Shown here: piece after piece, positions 41,404 to 42,398 of the stretch
Numbering within the stretch: the first letter of the stretch is position 1
Layout: each line of letters begins with the position of its first letter
Virus record (IMG/VR): IMGVR_UViG_3300050500_000090
From: a virus
Length of the DNA: 42,398 bases
Direction: 5' to 3' (one strand)
The notes under the pieces: model-generated
The model's input: only the letters and a program-made list of their open reading frames with translations
Told to the model about the DNA's origin: nothing
Database searches by the model: none
Made by a program: the position numbers and the translations under genes

Positions 41404-41705
41404 TGTTTCGCAAGTGGCTGGCGATTGAGCGTAAGTCAACGCTGTTCAAACGGGTCTTCGAGAATATCGACGGTCGCGCCGTTCTCGCAGAGCTGTCGGC
41501 TTTCGCGCATATGGAGACGACGACTGCGAAAGCTTCGACGATCACGGGAATGATAGACCCGAATGCGATGCTCATTGCAGAAGGTCGCCGTCAAGTCGTG
41601 TTGCACATTGCGCGCGTTTGCGGCATATCGTACGAAGAGATAGCGAACATGCGCTATCTGGAGGAAGGATACTCGAATGAACCTGTTCAACAGGATTTAT
41701 CGTAA
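41403..41705 (+). CDS. Small conserved head-module protein, 100 aa (Bbp19-like pattern, tentative)
   Basis: FENIDGRAVLAELSAF...AEGRRQVVLHI resembles small proteins found between portal and scaffold genes in some podoviruses. TAATG overlap upstream. Confidence 0.55.
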   Translation: MFRKWLAIERKSTLFKRVFENIDGRAVLAELSAFAHMETTTAKASTITGMIDPNAMLIAEGRRQVVLHIARVCGISYEEIANMRYLEEGYSNEPVQQDLS

Positions 41706-42398
41706 CGCTGAAGGCGGCGCGGGTGGAGGTGGTGGTGCTCCTGCTCCTGCTGCGCCGTGGTATCAGGCTGCTGGCGTCGCGGATGAGCATCGCGAATGGC
41801 TGGCCGGTAAGGGCTATGCCGATATCTCGACGGCTATCGCCAGCCATCGCAGCTTAGAGACCGTGATCGGCCGCAACCGTCTGGCTGTGCCGAGCGGTCC
41901 GGAAGATCAGGCAAGCTACGACGCGATCTATAAGACGCTGGGCAGGCCCGATACGGTCGAAGGCTACGCCCTGAAGGAAGGCAGCAAGATCAAGGCCGAT
42001 GAATTCAAGGCCACTTTCGCGCCTGTCTTCCACAAAGCCGGGATCTCGTCTTCCCAGGCGACGGCGCTGCTGGACGCCTACGAGGCCCGCGCCGTGGCCT
42101 TGGAGGAAGCCCGGCAAGCCGAGATCACCGCTCGCGAGACGCGGGAGATCGAAGAGCTGGACAAGGTCTGGGCTTCGAACAAAGACGCGAATATGGACAT
42201 TGCGTCGCGCGCTTTCCGGCATCTCGGCATCAGCGAGGAAGAGACGTCGGCTATCGAAGAAGCGCTCGGCTACAAGAAGACGATGGAGATCTTTCACAAG
42301 ATCGGCGCGGGCATGTCCGAAGCCTCGTTCCATCAGGACGGCAAGCCGGGGCAGCATGGCGACGGTAAGAACGTCGATACGCTGCAAGCCGAGATGCA
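41677..42398 (+). CDS. Capsid scaffolding-like protein, N-terminal portion (runs off the window end; continues at 1..314)
   Basis: ATG 41677 with GGAGGAAGGA 6 nt upstream. There is no stop before the window end, which is why it is absent from the ORF track. Translation begins MNLFNRIYRNAEGGAGGGGGAPAPAAPWYQAAGV... Confidence 0.75.
   Translation, partial: MNLFNRIYRNAEGGAGGGGGAPAPAAPWYQAAGVADEHREWLAGKGYADISTAIASHRSLETVIGRNRLAVPSGPEDQASYDAIYKTLGRPDTVEGYALKEGSKIKADEFKATFAPVFHKAGISSSQATALLDAYEARAVALEEARQAEITARETREIEELDKVWASNKDANMDIASRAFRHLGISEEETSAIEEALGYKKTMEIFHKIGAGMSEASFHQDGKPGQHGDGKNVDTLQAEM
42272..42398. repeat. Exact 127-bp terminal overlap, copy 2 (identical to 1..127)
   Basis: See copy 1. 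Confidence 0.95.

Noticed and set aside
1-42398. tRNA genes, CRISPR arrays, a reverse transcriptase/diversity-generating retroelement near the tail fibre, an integrase/attP, and a single-subunit RNA polymerase.
   Set aside because: No T-loop/acceptor-stem candidates were seen in the few non-coding gaps. There are no regularly spaced direct repeats. No ORF carries YxDD, integrase R-H-R-Y or RNAP motifs, and I saw no template-repeat copy of the fibre 3' end. This was a search by eye only.

Overview
The window is one complete phage genome. Its first 127 nt are repeated exactly as its last 127 nt (1..127 = 42272..42398), and a reading frame runs in-frame across that junction. The unique sequence is therefore 42271 bp and closes into a circle (assembly overlap or circular permutation).

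Coding is dense, GC-rich and split into two blocks.

(1) A rightward (+) block runs from 35379 across the junction to 20040. In order it carries:
- a PD-(D/E)XK resolvase-like nuclease, TerS, small ORFs, a DUF4031-like protein and TerL
- portal, scaffold, a four-gene accessory islet and the major capsid protein
- a Rossmann-type (DUF115/MptE-like) enzyme
- T7-type tail adaptor (gp11-like) and nozzle (gp12-like, with LamG and FCCH-like insertions)
- internal virion/ejection proteins, one with a lytic transglycosylase domain
- tail fibre and a non-canonical lysis pair

(2) A leftward (-) early/replication block runs from 34879 down to 20037. It carries:
- small early proteins and a SprT-like metalloprotease
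- a RepB'-type primase fused to a VirE/P-loop domain, a coiled-coil protein and an SF2 helicase
- micro-ORFs, a DUF2800-type nuclease and an Xis/MerR-like HTH protein
- a T7 gp2.5-like (DUF2815) SSB and a family A DNA polymerase
- a lower-GC two-gene cassette (unknown protein plus class I SAM methyltransferase)

I found no phage RNA polymerase, integrase, tRNA, CRISPR array or reverse transcriptase. The overall picture is a lytic podovirus-like phage with a T7-like virion module, probably infecting a GC-rich (possibly alphaproteobacterial) host. The host call is inference.

The most notable sequence-level signals:
- A dispersed, frame-independent 12-mer, GCGTTTGAACGG: 5 exact copies, 6 near copies, and the 8-mer core 11 times.
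- An AT-rich divergent control region dense in TGTGACC repeats and TAGGGGTATA repeats.
- Several perfect 12-15 bp hairpins punctuating the early operon.
- At least nine plausible micro-ORFs below the ORF-track cutoff, including three single-TM peptides and two CxxCxGxG zinc-finger proteins.
- A small Acb2/Tad1-like candidate immediately upstream of the capsid gene.

All functional calls rest on motif recognition by eye. No database search was run.
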